Source: Seison nebaliae
Taxonomy: Eukaryota
Direction of reading: 5' to 3'
Length of the DNA: 64,000 bases
NCBI GenBank assembly: GCA_023231475.1
Contig: JALJEE010000685.1
Location: 1-64,000 of the forward strand
This document shows positions 62,779 to 64,000 of this stretch, in pieces. The position numbers were made by a program, and so were the translations under genes. Every line of letters starts with the position of its first letter. The first letter of the stretch is position 1. The notes beneath the pieces were generated by a model that saw nothing but the letters and a program-made list of their open reading frames with translations, had not been told where the DNA came from and ran no database searches.

Positions 62779-64000
62779 ATGTTAAGATGTCGATTCTTTA
62801 CGTTGATATCGAACAATATTCGTTCGACAATTAGTCAACTTTCGAGCATCGGTAATAGTGGAAGGAGATTAAAGAATATTACGGGAGATAAACCAATAAA
62901 TTTACAGTTGAGTGATTTACCTTCATTTCCATCATTCATCTTGTTAAACAAACGTGATACGCTTAACTTATCAGGAAATGTCCATTGCTCCTTAATTGGT
63001 TACGAAACGGAGAGAATTGACGAATGCTTACACAAATTCCATTTATCCTCTAGACATATTTGGCAAATTGGGAAACGATTAACATCCAATATCGTCATGA
63101 TTCATTCAGCTGCATTAGGTTCCCATTTGTCTATTTGACGAAATTAATTTATTCTTTCTTCATTTATTTATTCTCCTTCTTTTTGATTCATATGAAAAAC
63201 AGGAATTAATGTTTGTCTCTATGATTCGAAATGTTCTACGAATTACGTCACGAAACTCATTTATCCATCCATCCAACATTTAAATATCAGAAATGGAAGA
63301 AATCATTTCAACAATTATCTGGATCATTTAGCTTTCTGTTCGATTAATCAATCAGATGCTATTGAAGCTATCGAACGATTGACGAATATGGAAGACGGAG
63401 GTACAACGATCATCAACGAGAAGATTATATATAATAAACATGATGAAAAAGAAATGAGACTTATCTCTTTTATACCCAAATCTTCTAATTCTTCACTCAA
63501 ATATGTTGTGACGATTCCATTCAACAAATTTAATCAGATCGGACGATTTATCCATTTGAATAATGGGAATGGACTACAACATATCGCTCTTTATTCATCA
63601 GCAATTATCGAACAAATTAAAGAGTTGAGGAAGGATAATCAAATTAAGTTCAGGAAAATTCCATCGGCCTATTACGAGAATTTAAGTGAATTAAATAAAG
63701 TTCGTTTTTTTCTTTCTAATTCGAATTAAACCATTTCACACTATTTTCTAAGGAGAATGAATTTATTTCCAGCAACGTCTCCGATTTCCAACACAACAAT
63801 ATTCTCATCGATTCAAATGATAATCAGTTATTAACTATTATTACTATTACTATTGTTACTTCAATCCTTCTTCAACATTTTCTTTTTTAGTCATTTAATG
63901 CAAATTTTTACTGAGAGCATTGGCCAAGGTAATGATGATTCGTTATTTCTCGAATTTATTCAAAGATCAAAAACTGCCAAAGGATTTGGAGAAGCTAATA
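62779..64000 (+). CDS. HPDL: 4-hydroxyphenylpyruvate dioxygenase-like protein (partial, runs off window)
   Basis: Iron-ligand motifs YLDHLAF, GNGLQHIAL and LFLEFIQR..KGFGEAN, plus PSAYYE, ILIDS and LMQIFT. Arg/Ser-rich, acid-free N-terminus resembles a mitochondrial presequence. Three GTT introns. Confidence 0.85.

Noticed and set aside
1..64000. Alternative genetic code or stop-codon reassignment to explain fragmented ORFs
   Set aside because: In the intact gene models, internal stops fall inside short GT..AG introns. Conserved genes end normally in TAA, TAG or TGA under the standard code.

Overview
This is eukaryotic (metazoan) nuclear DNA from a very AT-rich, compact genome. It is not prokaryotic, and the ORF track breaks most genes because they are split by many short introns of about 39-70 nt. 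A spiralian or rotifer-like host is my inference from gene content and architecture, not demonstrated. Bases 1-5700 are a decayed transposon patch: non-LTR ORF1-like, MULE transposase, MITE and TIR remnants. The rest holds about 20 protein genes, rebuilt by hand. They are a CUB/Thr-rich secreted gene that may be frameshifted, a TASK-type K2P channel, a 17-intron secreted protein with four copies of an unrecognised Cys domain, group XII-like sPLA2, TMEM63/OSCA, APH-1, RCC1, a countin-like saposin, a small Cys/Thr-rich secreted protein, RPS20, a protocadherin-like gene, an Fz-CRD/EGF/chitin-binding/Gln-repeat protein, two tandem single-pass membrane paralogues, GAK/auxilin, a tail-anchored protein, a tetraspanin, histone H2B, an FxP(N/S)GHF-amide neuropeptide precursor, an HPDL/HPPD-like gene (truncated by the window end) and two unassigned ORFs. 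There is also an intron-containing tRNA-Tyr and a MULE-type MITE. The most striking signal is the splicing code: 54 of about 55 hand-reconstructed introns start GTT instead of the usual GTR, and GTTAGT recurs. This predicts a lineage-specific change in 5' splice-site recognition, for example U1 snRNA U6->A. All gene models are manual and untested.
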